Origin: Chthoniobacteraceae bacterium
GTDB taxonomy: Bacteria; Verrucomicrobiota; Verrucomicrobiia; Chthoniobacterales; Chthoniobacteraceae
Reading direction: 5' to 3'
Assembly (NCBI GenBank): GCA_040081625.1
Contig: JBEBGD010000060.1
Location: 1 to 34,342, forward strand
DNA: 34,342 nucleotides
The notes under the pieces are model-generated. The model searched no databases. It was given only the letters and a program-made list of their open reading frames with translations, and had not been told where the DNA came from. Below are positions 8,745 through 20,958 of the stretch, in pieces. Position numbers and translations under genes: made by a program. Positions within the stretch are counted from its first letter, which is position 1; every line of letters starts with the position of its first letter.

Positions 8745-9473
8745 ATGACCGACCGCTGGCACGCTCTTAAACCCGACGCACAAGCTGCACTCACGCAGCG
8801 CGACTACTCCGCACGCTCGCTCGCCGAGCGGCTCGCCACGAGCGGCGTCGAGGCCGGCGAGATCGCGGGAAAGATCGCGGAGCTGGCGGACGCGTGGATT
8901 CCGGGCGTCGAAGTTTTCAGCCGGAAGATCTTCCCGCAGCGGCATCGCGGCGCGTTCGGAGAACTCGCGCGTCAGGACGACGGCGCGCTCGCGGCGATCG
9001 GGATGTGGCCGCGCCAGTGGGCGGCGGCGCGGATGTTCGCGGGCACCGCGAAGGGCTTCCACATTCATCCGCCGCACGTCCCCGAAGGCGTGGACCCGGG
9101 CGCGTGGTTCTTCCGCCTCTTCATCGAGGAGCCGGGCAACTTCGCTCTGCGGCCCTATGACCGCGAGCAGTGGGACGCGATGTTCTTCGTTCAGGGGACG
9201 ATCGAGATGCTGCTCGTCGATGAACGCGCAGGGATGGAGCGGCGCTTGATGCGATTCATCATCGAGGGCGACGACCGTCGCGGACCGAACAACGCCGCGG
9301 TCGTGATCCCGCCGGGAGTCGCGCACGCGCTACGAGTCGAAGGCAGCACGGATGCAATCATGGTCTATGGCACGACTACGACGTTCGAGCCGGCGTTTGA
9401 AGGCCGCATCGCCGACGCAATCGAGCGCGCTCCCCTGCCCGACGAGTGGCAGCGCTACCTCGACGGTCGCTAG
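8745..9473 (+). CDS. RmlC-like cupin (dTDP-4-dehydrorhamnose 3,5-epimerase family, 242 aa)
   Basis: RGAFGE, KGFHIH, QWD...VQG...LVDER and VVIPPGVAHA match the RmlC-type cupin layout. Confidence 0.75.
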   Translation: MTDRWHALKPDAQAALTQRDYSARSLAERLATSGVEAGEIAGKIAELADAWIPGVEVFSRKIFPQRHRGAFGELARQDDGALAAIGMWPRQWAAARMFAGTAKGFHIHPPHVPEGVDPGAWFFRLFIEEPGNFALRPYDREQWDAMFFVQGTIEMLLVDERAGMERRLMRFIIEGDDRRGPNNAAVVIPPGVAHALRVEGSTDAIMVYGTTTTFEPAFEGRIADAIERAPLPDEWQRYLDGR

Positions 9474-9474
9474 C

Positions 9475-11442
9475 TCACCACGCGCCGCCGCCGACCTGCC
9501 ACTCCTCGAGCAGCGCGGGCGGCACTTCGCCGAGGAAGCGCGACGGGCGCTGCATCATCTCACCGTAGGTGCTTCCGAGGTGCATCTGCGGATACGTGAG
9601 ATACAGCTCGTCCTTCGCACGCGTGACGGCGACGTAGAAAAGGCGGCGCTCCTCCTCGAGGTTCTCGTCGTTGTCGAGACTGCGCGCGCTGGGGAATTTT
9701 CCGTCGGCCATCCAGATGACGAAGACGATCTTCCACTCGAGCCCCTTCGCTTGATGGACGCTGCTCAGCGTCACGAGTTCGGTCTCTTCCTTCGAGGCGA
9801 CGGCCTCGTGTTCGAGATTCGTGAGCAGCGCGAGCTGGTCGAGGAAGTCCGCGGCGCTCGGGAACTGGCGGGAGAAATTGACGAGCGTGTTCAGGTCTTC
9901 GCGCCGCTGGTCGTAGTTTGGAAACTTCGCCTTCCCGTAGTCGTCGTAGATCGCCTCGATCACGCTGCGCAGCATGTCCGCAGGCGGCGCGGGCTGGCCG
10001 TTCGGCGTGAGTTCCTCGATCGTGTGGACGAGTTGCTCCCACGACTTGCGCGACTTCGCGGGAACCTTGAGTTCGAGCAAGGGTGTGGCCGACGCACCGC
10101 TCCACAGCACCTCCGCGCTGCGTCCGCCGATGCCGGGCAGCAGGCGGACCATGCGCTTGAAGGCGACTTCGTCGCGCGGGTTCACGACGTATTTCAAGAA
10201 CGCCGCGACGTCCTTCACGTGCGCCTGCTCGAAGAAGCGCAGGCCGCTCGTGATCTGGAACGGGATGCCGCGCCGCGTGAACTCCATCTGCACCTCCATC
10301 GAGTGAAAGTGCGCGCGGTAGAGCACGGCCATCTCGTCGAGCGCGACGCCTTCCTCATGCAGCTCGAGCACGCGCTGCGCGACGAAGCGCGCCTGGTCGC
10401 CGCTGTCGCCGAGCGGGACGAGCGCGGGCTTGAAGTCGTTGCCCTCGCGCGCGGCCACGAGGTTCTTGCGGAACTGCCGCTCGTTCGCGGCGATGGCGGC
10501 GTTCGCGACGGCGAGCACCTCGGGCACGCTGCGGTAGTTGGTCTCGATCTTGTAGGTCTTCGCCTGCGGGTAGCGGCGCGGAAACTCGAGGATGTTGCGG
10601 AAGTCCGCGCCGCGCCACGAGTAGATGCTCTGCGCGTCGTCGCCGACGACCATAACGTTGCCGTGGCGCGCGCCGAGCACGTCGATGAAGTCGGACTGGA
10701 TGTGATTCGTGTCCTGGTATTCATCGACGAGCACGAACTGAAACTGTCGCTGGTAGTGCTCGCGGACGCTTTCGTTGTCGCGCAGGAGCTGGAGCGACTT
10801 CACGAGCAGGTCGTCGAAATCGACGGCGTTCGCCTCGCGCTTCTTCGCCACGTATTTGCGCCCGGCCTCGACGATCTGCGGCGAGAACTCGAGGAAGTGC
10901 GGATACTTCTGCACGAGCACGTCGTCGATCACTCGACCGGTGTTGATCGCGAAGCTGAGCACGTCGCCGATCACTCCGGCTTTCGGGAAGCGCTTGTCCT
11001 TCGGATCGACGCCGAGCGTGGCGACGACGCTGTCGAGCAGGTCCTCGGCATCCTCGCGATCCATGATCGAGAAGCCGGGCATGTAGCCGGCCTCGGCGGC
11101 GTGCTTGCGCAGGAGGCGGTTGCCGACGGAGTGGAAGGTGCCGCCCCACAGGCCGGAGAGATCGTGCGGGATGAGCGCGGCGACGCGGTCGAGCATCTCG
11201 CGCGCGGCTTTGTTCGTGAAGGTGAGCAGCAGGATGTTCTGCGGTGCGATTCCATTCTCGATGAGATACGCGACGCGATACGTGAGTGTGCGCGTCTTAC
11301 CCGAGCCTGCGCCGGCGATGACGAGCGCGGCACCGGGCGGCGCGGTGACGGCGGCGCACTGCTGCGGATTCAGCTCCGCGGCGTAATCAATCTGCGGCGT
11401 GGCGGCGCCGGGGCTGCGATGGAGGGTGTATTGCCTCGGCAT
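9475..11442 (-). CDS. UvrD/PcrA/Rep superfamily 1A DNA helicase (655 aa)
   Basis: Motifs LNPQQ, AGAGSGKT, TFTNKAA, GTFHS, VDEYQDTN, VGDDAQSIYSWRGA, NYRS, HQAKGLEW, EEERRLFYVAVTRA and PSRFL. Start ATG 11442. Confidence 0.95.
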   Translation of the reverse strand: MPRQYTLHRSPGAATPQIDYAAELNPQQCAAVTAPPGAALVIAGAGSGKTRTLTYRVAYLIENGIAPQNILLLTFTNKAAREMLDRVAALIPHDLSGLWGGTFHSVGNRLLRKHAAEAGYMPGFSIMDREDAEDLLDSVVATLGVDPKDKRFPKAGVIGDVLSFAINTGRVIDDVLVQKYPHFLEFSPQIVEAGRKYVAKKREANAVDFDDLLVKSLQLLRDNESVREHYQRQFQFVLVDEYQDTNHIQSDFIDVLGARHGNVMVVGDDAQSIYSWRGADFRNILEFPRRYPQAKTYKIETNYRSVPEVLAVANAAIAANERQFRKNLVAAREGNDFKPALVPLGDSGDQARFVAQRVLELHEEGVALDEMAVLYRAHFHSMEVQMEFTRRGIPFQITSGLRFFEQAHVKDVAAFLKYVVNPRDEVAFKRMVRLLPGIGGRSAEVLWSGASATPLLELKVPAKSRKSWEQLVHTIEELTPNGQPAPPADMLRSVIEAIYDDYGKAKFPNYDQRREDLNTLVNFSRQFPSAADFLDQLALLTNLEHEAVASKEETELVTLSSVHQAKGLEWKIVFVIWMADGKFPSARSLDNDENLEEERRLFYVAVTRAKDELYLTYPQMHLGSTYGEMMQRPSRFLGEVPPALLEEWQVGGGAW

Positions 11443-11453
11443 CGCGCGCCGGC

Positions 11454-12224
11454 TCAGCCAAGCTGCGCGCAGGTGGCCTGGACGATCTCGGCGAAGCCGC
11501 GCGGATCGAGGCTCGCGCCGCCGACGAGCGCGCCGTCGATGTCGGGCTGGCGCATGAGCTCGGCGGTGTTCGCCGGCTTCACGCTGCCGCCGTATTGGAT
11601 GCGCACCTTTGCAGCCGTGGCGGAGTCGCTGATCGTGGCGAGCACTTTGCGGATGAAGGCGTGAGCATCCTGCGCCTGCTGCGGCGTGGCGGTGCGGCCG
11701 GTGCCGATGGCCCACACGGGTTCGTAGGCGAGGACGATGTCCTCGATTTGATTGGCAGTCAGGCCCGCGAGGCTGCCGCGCAGTTGTGTCTCGAGCACCG
11801 TCTCCACCTTGCCCGCGTCGCGCTCGGCGAGCGTTTCGCCGATGCAGACGATCGGCGTCATCGTCGCGCCGATCGCGGCATTGGTTTTTCGATTCACGAT
11901 CTCATCGGTCTCGCCGAAAAAGCTGCGGCGCTCGCTGTGGCCGAGCACGACGTAGCGGACGAAAAGCTCGCGCAGCATCTCCGCGCTGATCTCGCCGGTG
12001 AAGGCGCCGGGCTTCTCCCAGTGCATGTTTTGCGCGCCGAGCTTGACGGTGCGCACGCTGCTGAGCCGCTTGCTGACTCCCGGCATCGTCGTGAACGCGG
12101 GCACGAGGACGATGTCCACGCGCTTCTCGTCGCCAACTTCGAGAAGGAAGGTCTCGAGAAAACCTTCCGCCTCGTGATTGGTCACGTTCATCTTCCAGTT
12201 CGCTGCGATGATCTTGCGGCGCAT
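11454..12224 (-). CDS. tpiA: Triosephosphate isomerase
   Basis: Motifs ANWKMN, GAFTGE, LGHSERR, AYEPVWAIGTG, YGGSVK and GALVGGASL. Confidence 0.98.
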   Translation of the reverse strand: MRRKIIAANWKMNVTNHEAEGFLETFLLEVGDEKRVDIVLVPAFTTMPGVSKRLSSVRTVKLGAQNMHWEKPGAFTGEISAEMLRELFVRYVVLGHSERRSFFGETDEIVNRKTNAAIGATMTPIVCIGETLAERDAGKVETVLETQLRGSLAGLTANQIEDIVLAYEPVWAIGTGRTATPQQAQDAHAFIRKVLATISDSATAAKVRIQYGGSVKPANTAELMRQPDIDGALVGGASLDPRGFAEIVQATCAQLG

Positions 12225-12233
12225 GTGCGTAAG

Positions 12234-13448
12234 TTATTTGTCGTTGAGGGCAGCGACGCCGGGCAGCGTCTTTCCCTCGAGCAGCTCGAGGCTCGCGCCG
12301 CCACCGGTGCTGATGAAGGTGACCTGGTCGGCGATGCCGGCGCGCTTGACGGCCTTCACGCTGTCGCCGCCGCCGATGATGCTCTTGCAGCCGGAGTTTG
12401 CGGCGATCGCGCCGGCGATGGCGAAGGTGCCCTTCGCGCATTCCTTGATCTCGAAGACGCCCATCGGTCCGTTCCAAATGACGGTCTTCGCGGTCGCGAC
12501 CTCGGCGGCGAAAAGCTTCACCGTCTCCGGGCCGACATCGACACCTTCCCACCCATCGGGGATGTCCGCGCCGGGCTGCGTGTAGTGGCCGGGGCCGACT
12601 TTCTTCGCGCCGAAGTCGAGCTCCTGCACGACGTAGTTGTCCACCGGCAGCAGGAATTTCACGCCCCTGGCCTTCGCCTTTTCGAGCGCGGCTTTGGCGA
12701 TATCGACCTTGTCCGCCTCGACCAGCGACTTTCCGACTTTCCTCCCGAGCGCGAGCCCGAAGGTGTAGGCCATCGCGCCGCCGATGAGGATGGTGTCGGC
12801 CTTGTCGAGCAGGCGGTCGATGACCTTGATCTTGTCGCTGACTTTCGCGCCGCCGAGAATGACGACGAACGGCTTTTCCGGCGATTGCAGCTCGTCGTGC
12901 AAATACTGAAGCTCCTTCTCCATGAGGAAGCCGGACACGGCCGCGCCGGCGTGGTGAGCGACGCCCTCGGTCGAGGCGTGCGCGCGGTGCGCTGAGCCGA
13001 ACGCGTCGTTTACAAACACGTCGCAAAGTCGCGCGAGCGCTTTCGCAAACGCGGGATCGTTCGCTTCCTCTTCCGGCTGAAAGCGCACGTTCTCGAGCAG
13101 CGCCACGTCGCCGTTTTTCATGTGGGCGATGATTTTCTCGGGCACTTCGCCAATCGTGTCATGGCTGAAGGCGACCGGATGATCGATGAGCGTGTGCAGA
13201 TGATCGGCGATCGGGCGCAGCGATTCCTTCTCAGTGCGTTTTCCCTTCGGACGACCGAGATGCGAGCAGAGGATCACCTTCGCGCCGTGCTCGATGAGAT
13301 ATTTGATGGTCGGCAGCGTTTCCTTGATGCGGGTGTCGTCGGTGATGACCATGCCGGCGTCAGTCTGGTCGAGGGGAACATTGAAATCGACGCGCACGAG
13401 CACGCGTTTTCCGGTGAGGTCGAGGTCGCGGATGGTTTTCTTGGGCAT
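12234..13448 (-). CDS. pgk: Phosphoglycerate kinase (404 aa)
   Basis: Motifs RVDFNVP, SHLGRPKG, LLENVRF, NDAFGSAHRAHAS, GGAKVSDKI, WNGPMGVFE, GGGDS and STGGGASLE. Start ATG 13448. Confidence 0.98.
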   Translation of the reverse strand: MPKKTIRDLDLTGKRVLVRVDFNVPLDQTDAGMVITDDTRIKETLPTIKYLIEHGAKVILCSHLGRPKGKRTEKESLRPIADHLHTLIDHPVAFSHDTIGEVPEKIIAHMKNGDVALLENVRFQPEEEANDPAFAKALARLCDVFVNDAFGSAHRAHASTEGVAHHAGAAVSGFLMEKELQYLHDELQSPEKPFVVILGGAKVSDKIKVIDRLLDKADTILIGGAMAYTFGLALGRKVGKSLVEADKVDIAKAALEKAKARGVKFLLPVDNYVVQELDFGAKKVGPGHYTQPGADIPDGWEGVDVGPETVKLFAAEVATAKTVIWNGPMGVFEIKECAKGTFAIAGAIAANSGCKSIIGGGDSVKAVKRAGIADQVTFISTGGGASLELLEGKTLPGVAALNDK

Positions 13449-13553
13449 GGTAAAATTGAGGGGCGGACTCATGGCGAGGACGCGGCAAATGGCAAGCGCT
13501 GACGCAGCCGCGCGGGACACTTCGCTGCACAGCGACGCAAACCAAGTGTGCTG

Positions 13554-13570
13554 CTGGCACTTCGACTGCT
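13554..13570 (+). promoter_or_regulatory. Sigma-54 (-24/-12) promoter upstream of the PilC/GspF gene
   Basis: CTGGCACTTCGACTGCT has a perfect TGGCAC, GG-N10-GC spacing and TGCT. The implied start site near 13581 lies just upstream of ATG 13590. Confidence 0.65.
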
Positions 13571-13589
13571 TTTCTCCACGCACCCATCC

Positions 13590-14807
13590 ATGCTTACTTA
13601 CGCCTACCAAGCTCGCGACCCGGCCGGAAAGACGATTTCCGGCATTCAAGAGGCCCTGAATGAAGAGAACGCCATCAACACGCTCATGGCGCGCGGCCTC
13701 ATGGTGCTCTCCATCCAGCAGAAAGCCGGCGGCAGAGTCGTCGCCCCGCGCGGCAAGGTCAGCGATTCGGACCTCGTGCTCTTCACCCGCCAGCTCGCGA
13801 CGATGGTCGATGCGGGCCTGCCGCTGGTCACCGCACTCACGGCACTCTACGAGCAGGCCGATCCCAAAAAGCAATCCGGCCTGCGGCGCGTTGTCGGCGA
13901 GATCACCGCGCTCGTGCAGCAAGGCGAGACCTTCAACGAGGCGATCTCCAAGCACCCGCGCATCTTCGAGCGGCTCTATGTGGCGATGGTGAAGGCTGGT
14001 GAGAGCGGCGGCTTGCTCTCGGAAATTCTCGATCGGCTCGCCGGCTTCCTCGAATCAGCGTCGCGGCTGCGCAAGAAGGTCAAGTCGGCAATGACCTATC
14101 CCGTCATCGTCATCTGCATCGCATTCGCGATCACGACCTTCCTGATCGTGCAAGTGGTGCCCGTCTTCGGGCAGATCTTTGCGGACTTCGGCGCGAAGCT
14201 GCCGGGACCCACGCAGTTCCTGCTCGATCTCTCGGACTTCATCCGTGCCTACTGGTATTTCATGGTTGGCGCTGGCATCGGGGTATTCGTGTCGATCCGG
14301 ATGTTCCTGCGGACTGAAAACGGAGGGCGGCTCTGGGACCGCTGGAAGTTGAAGCTTCCGATCTTCGGCTCGCTCGTTCACAAAATCTGCATGACGCGCT
14401 TTGCGCGCACCTTCGCCCAGCTCATCCGCTCCGGCGTGCCGATCCTCGAGGTCATGGATATCGTCGGCGACACCTCGGGCAATTCGCTGGTGACCGACGC
14501 GATCAAAGGCGTCTCGAAGGATGTCGAGAAAGGCGATCACCTCACCAACGCGCTCGCGCGGCAGCCGATCTTCCCGCCGATGCTCGTGCGCATGGTCGGT
14601 GCCGGCGAGGCCACCGGCAAGATCGACGTCATGCTCGAGAAGATGGCTGATTACTGGGATGAGGAAATCGAGGCTATCCTCGATGCACTCACCTCGCTGA
14701 TCGAGCCCCTGCTCATCGTCGTCCTCGGCGTGATCGTCGGCGGCATCGTCATCGCGATGTTCCTACCGATCTTCAAGCTCAGCGATGTAGTGTCAGGACA
14801 CGGATAA
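13590..14807 (+). CDS. Type IV pilus / type II secretion inner-membrane platform protein (PilC/GspF family, 405 aa)
   Basis: FTRQLATMVDAGLPL, MVKAGESGGLL, SAMTYP, RFARTFAQLIRSGVP, GEATG and LIEP...AMFLPIF. Confidence 0.95.
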   Translation: MLTYAYQARDPAGKTISGIQEALNEENAINTLMARGLMVLSIQQKAGGRVVAPRGKVSDSDLVLFTRQLATMVDAGLPLVTALTALYEQADPKKQSGLRRVVGEITALVQQGETFNEAISKHPRIFERLYVAMVKAGESGGLLSEILDRLAGFLESASRLRKKVKSAMTYPVIVICIAFAITTFLIVQVVPVFGQIFADFGAKLPGPTQFLLDLSDFIRAYWYFMVGAGIGVFVSIRMFLRTENGGRLWDRWKLKLPIFGSLVHKICMTRFARTFAQLIRSGVPILEVMDIVGDTSGNSLVTDAIKGVSKDVEKGDHLTNALARQPIFPPMLVRMVGAGEATGKIDVMLEKMADYWDEEIEAILDALTSLIEPLLIVVLGVIVGGIVIAMFLPIFKLSDVVSGHG

Positions 14808-15336
14808 GCACGAGCAGCACGCCATAGGCGACACCGCCGAGCGCGAGCAGATTCCAGCGCCGGGAGTTCGCCGTGGCCCAGCCGATCTGGTCGCGCAGCG
14901 TGTAAGGCATGCCGACCCAGAAGAGCGCTGCGGTGATCCAGACATAGACGAGGCTCACCAGCCAGAGGCGGGAGAGCTCCGGCCGCTGCCAAGCCGCCTC
15001 GAGCACCGCCTCTGCACCGAGCAGCACCAGCATGCCGAGCGCGCGCACCGAGAGGAACTCCGGCACGTAACGCCAGGTGAGGAACGTCGCGACGGGGACG
15101 CCGAATTTCAGCAACGGGCGCCACGTCGAGAACTCGTGCAAATCCATCGTCATCCCCAGCCACCAAAACCACGCGCCCGCCGCGACGATGAGCACCGCGC
15201 CCCAAAACGACGAGCGCGGGAACGCCTTCAGCCAGCCCTGCACCGGCTCCGGTTGAAAGAAAGCCGCGAGATGCGCGACGATGAGGATGCAGCCGGCGAG
15301 GAGCAGGGCGGTTTCGAGCGAGAGCGAATAAATCAT
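14779..15336 (-). CDS. Hypothetical multi-pass membrane protein (185 aa)
   Basis: About 6 hydrophobic segments with FPRS, FLSVRALG and PYTLRDQI motifs. Its 3' end overlaps the pilC-like gene by 29 bp. Confidence 0.7.
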   Translation of the reverse strand: MIYSLSLETALLLAGCILIVAHLAAFFQPEPVQGWLKAFPRSSFWGAVLIVAAGAWFWWLGMTMDLHEFSTWRPLLKFGVPVATFLTWRYVPEFLSVRALGMLVLLGAEAVLEAAWQRPELSRLWLVSLVYVWITAALFWVGMPYTLRDQIGWATANSRRWNLLALGGVAYGVLLVLIRVLTLHR

Positions 15337-15461
15337 TGGGCGGCGGCGAGGGGGCGGAGAGAAGCGCAGGGCCGCGCGAAGACAAGGCGGGAATCGAGGG
15401 ACCACCCGCATGCGCGATTCCCGACTGGGCCGCTTCGTGCTCTGATACCGCCGCCTTGAAA

Positions 15462-18758
<3,297 letters not shown>

Positions 18759-18830
18759 CGGGTGAACGGAAGCGCAACCCGCGCCGCGAATGCGCTTGGC
18801 AACGCCGCACCGCAGCACTACCGGGCGGCG

Positions 18831-19370
18831 ATGAAAATCCGCCGCACGCTCGCCGCCGCACTTTGCCTCCTCACGACCGGCGCGTGCGCGGATGAGGCGG
18901 CCGACCGGGTGGAGGTGGTGCGGCGGGCGCGCGAGATGATCGACTCGACCTTCAAGGGTGACTTCGTGGGCGTGCTCAAGTTCACACATCCCGCGATCTC
19001 GAAAATCTCCGGCGGCGAGGAACCGCTCAAGAAAGCGATCACGGGCGTGGCGGCGAAGATGAAGGAGCTGAAGCTGGAGTTCGTCTCGATGGATGTGCAG
19101 CCGCCGGAGATGTTTTACGGCAAGGACGGGAAGACCTTCGCGCTCGTGAAGACGAAGACGATGATGATCATCCCCGGCAAGACCCGGATCACCGAGGGCG
19201 GCACGATGATCGCGGTGCGCGAGACGCCGGAGGGCGCGTGGACTTTCCTGCGGGTGAACGCGAAGCTCGCGGCCGATCGCGCGATGCTCAAAAGGCTGCT
19301 GCCGGACTTTCCGGACGAAGCCGTGCTCGAGGCGCCGGGCCGTCCGCTCACCGAGCAACTCGGAAAGTAG
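18831..19370 (+). CDS. Hypothetical secreted protein (179 aa)
   Basis: Signal-peptide-like [20 protein letters not shown]; ordinary globular composition and high GC3 in this frame. Confidence 0.75.
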   Translation: MKIRRTLAAALCLLTTGACADEAADRVEVVRRAREMIDSTFKGDFVGVLKFTHPAISKISGGEEPLKKAITGVAAKMKELKLEFVSMDVQPPEMFYGKDGKTFALVKTKTMMIIPGKTRITEGGTMIAVRETPEGAWTFLRVNAKLAADRAMLKRLLPDFPDEAVLEAPGRPLTEQLGK

Positions 19371-19452
19371 CGCGCGGCAGGAGGCGGTGCCGTCGATATG
19401 GGTGATGCGCGGGGCTTGCACGCGAGCGGGCCGGTGCCGTATCCGCTCTGCC

Positions 19453-20787
19453 ATGCACACCCCGCACTTCTCCCGCCGCACTTTCCTCCACACCGTCCTC
19501 GCGTCGTCGATCGCGCCCGCGCTCGTGCGCGGCCGAGGCCTCAATGAGAAACTCGATGTGGCCTTCATCGGCGTGGGCAATCGCGGGAAGGGCGATCTCG
19601 CGGAGATCGCCAGGCTCGACGAGAACGTGGTGGCGCTGTGCGACGTGAACTCGGAGAATCTCAAGTCGGCCTACGCGAAGCATCCGGGCTCGCAGATGTT
19701 CGTCGATTACCGGAAGATGTTCGATGAGATGAAGGGGATCGATGCGGTGGTGGTGGCGACGCCGGAGCATCATCACGCGTTTTGCATCATGCCGGCGCTG
19801 AAGATGAAGAAGCATGTGTTTTGCGAGAAGCCGCTCACACACGGGATCTGGGAGGCACGGATGGTCCGCGAGGCGACGCGCGAGGCGAAGGTGGCGACGC
19901 AGATGGGCACGCAGATGCATGCGTCGGCGAATTTCCGGCGCACGGTGGAATTGGTGCGCAGCGGTGTGGTGGGGCCGATCAGCGAGGTGCATGTGTGGGT
20001 GTCGCGCGCGTGGGGCTGGCAGAGCGAGGCGGCGGCGAAGGCGAACAAGGACATCGTGTGGGCGACCGAACGACCGAAGGAGGCGCAGACGCCGCCGGCG
20101 TTCTTGGATTGGGACCAGTGGGTCGGGCCGGCGCCGGAGCGGCCCTACAACGAGGTCTATTTCCCGGGGCCGAAGTGGTATCGCTGGTGGGATTTCGGCA
20201 GCGGCACGATGAGCGATCTCGGCTCGCACTGGAACGATCTGCCGTTTTGGGCGCTCGACCTGGATGCGCCGACGACGATCGAGGCGAGCGGTCCGCCGCC
20301 GCATCCGGAGATCGCGCCGGCGTCGATGAGCGCGACTTATCAATACCCTGCGCGCGGGAAGCGGGCGGCGCTGAAGCTGACGTGGCACCAGGGCGAATCG
20401 AAGCCGGCGATCTGGAAGGATGAGAAAATCCCGCAGTGGCCGAACGGCGTGCTTTTCATCGGCGACAAGGGAATGATCCTCGCGGACTACGGCAAGAATA
20501 TCCTGCTGCCGGAGGCGAAGTTCGCGGACTTCGTGCGGCCGGCGCCGACGATCCCGGACTCGATCGGGCATCACGCCGAGTGGGTGCGCGCGTGCAAGAC
20601 CGGCGAGCCGACGACGTGCAACTTCGACTACAGCGGCGCGCTGACCGAGGCGAACCACCTGGGCAACGTGGCGTATCGGCTCGGGAAGAAGATCACGTGG
20701 GATGCGAAGAAGCTCGAAGTTGTCGGCGTGCCGGAGGCGAAGCGCCTCGTCCGGCGCGAGTATCGCAAAGGCTGGACGCTCGTGTAG
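19453..20787 (+). CDS. Gfo/Idh/MocA family oxidoreductase with Tat signal (444 aa)
   Basis: SRRTFL twin-arginine motif, [29 protein letters not shown]...DLGSH. Confidence 0.92.
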   Translation: MHTPHFSRRTFLHTVLASSIAPALVRGRGLNEKLDVAFIGVGNRGKGDLAEIARLDENVVALCDVNSENLKSAYAKHPGSQMFVDYRKMFDEMKGIDAVVVATPEHHHAFCIMPALKMKKHVFCEKPLTHGIWEARMVREATREAKVATQMGTQMHASANFRRTVELVRSGVVGPISEVHVWVSRAWGWQSEAAAKANKDIVWATERPKEAQTPPAFLDWDQWVGPAPERPYNEVYFPGPKWYRWWDFGSGTMSDLGSHWNDLPFWALDLDAPTTIEASGPPPHPEIAPASMSATYQYPARGKRAALKLTWHQGESKPAIWKDEKIPQWPNGVLFIGDKGMILADYGKNILLPEAKFADFVRPAPTIPDSIGHHAEWVRACKTGEPTTCNFDYSGALTEANHLGNVAYRLGKKITWDAKKLEVVGVPEAKRLVRREYRKGWTLV

Positions 20788-20804
20788 CGGAGCCGTCGGG
20801 CTTT

Positions 20805-20898
20805 TTAACCCTGGAGGACACAGAGGGCACAGCGGATCGGTTGAGGGCTCGCTGCCTGACCGATTCCGCTCTGTGTCCTCTGTGCTCTCTGTGGTGAA
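20805..20898. repeat. Intergenic imperfect palindrome (REP/MITE-like long hairpin)
   Basis: Left arm TTAACCCTGGAGGACACAGAGGGCACAGCGGATCGGT pairs imperfectly with right arm ACCGATTCCGCTCTGTGTCCTCTGTGCTCTCTGTGGTGAA; the arms have an internal 9-bp CACAGAG periodicity. Confidence 0.75.
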
Positions 20899-20958
20899 CC
20901 ACGAGGGGGCTGCGATTTCCCGGATGTGCGGCTGGCGATGTGCCGCTAAGAGTTTGCC

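Noticed and set aside
13449..13955. N-terminal extensions given by the ORF track for pgk (also greA, uvrD, the kinase, the sulfatase and the cytochrome gene)
   Set aside because: They overlap neighbouring genes or promoters; homology and signal peptides begin at the downstream starts I used.
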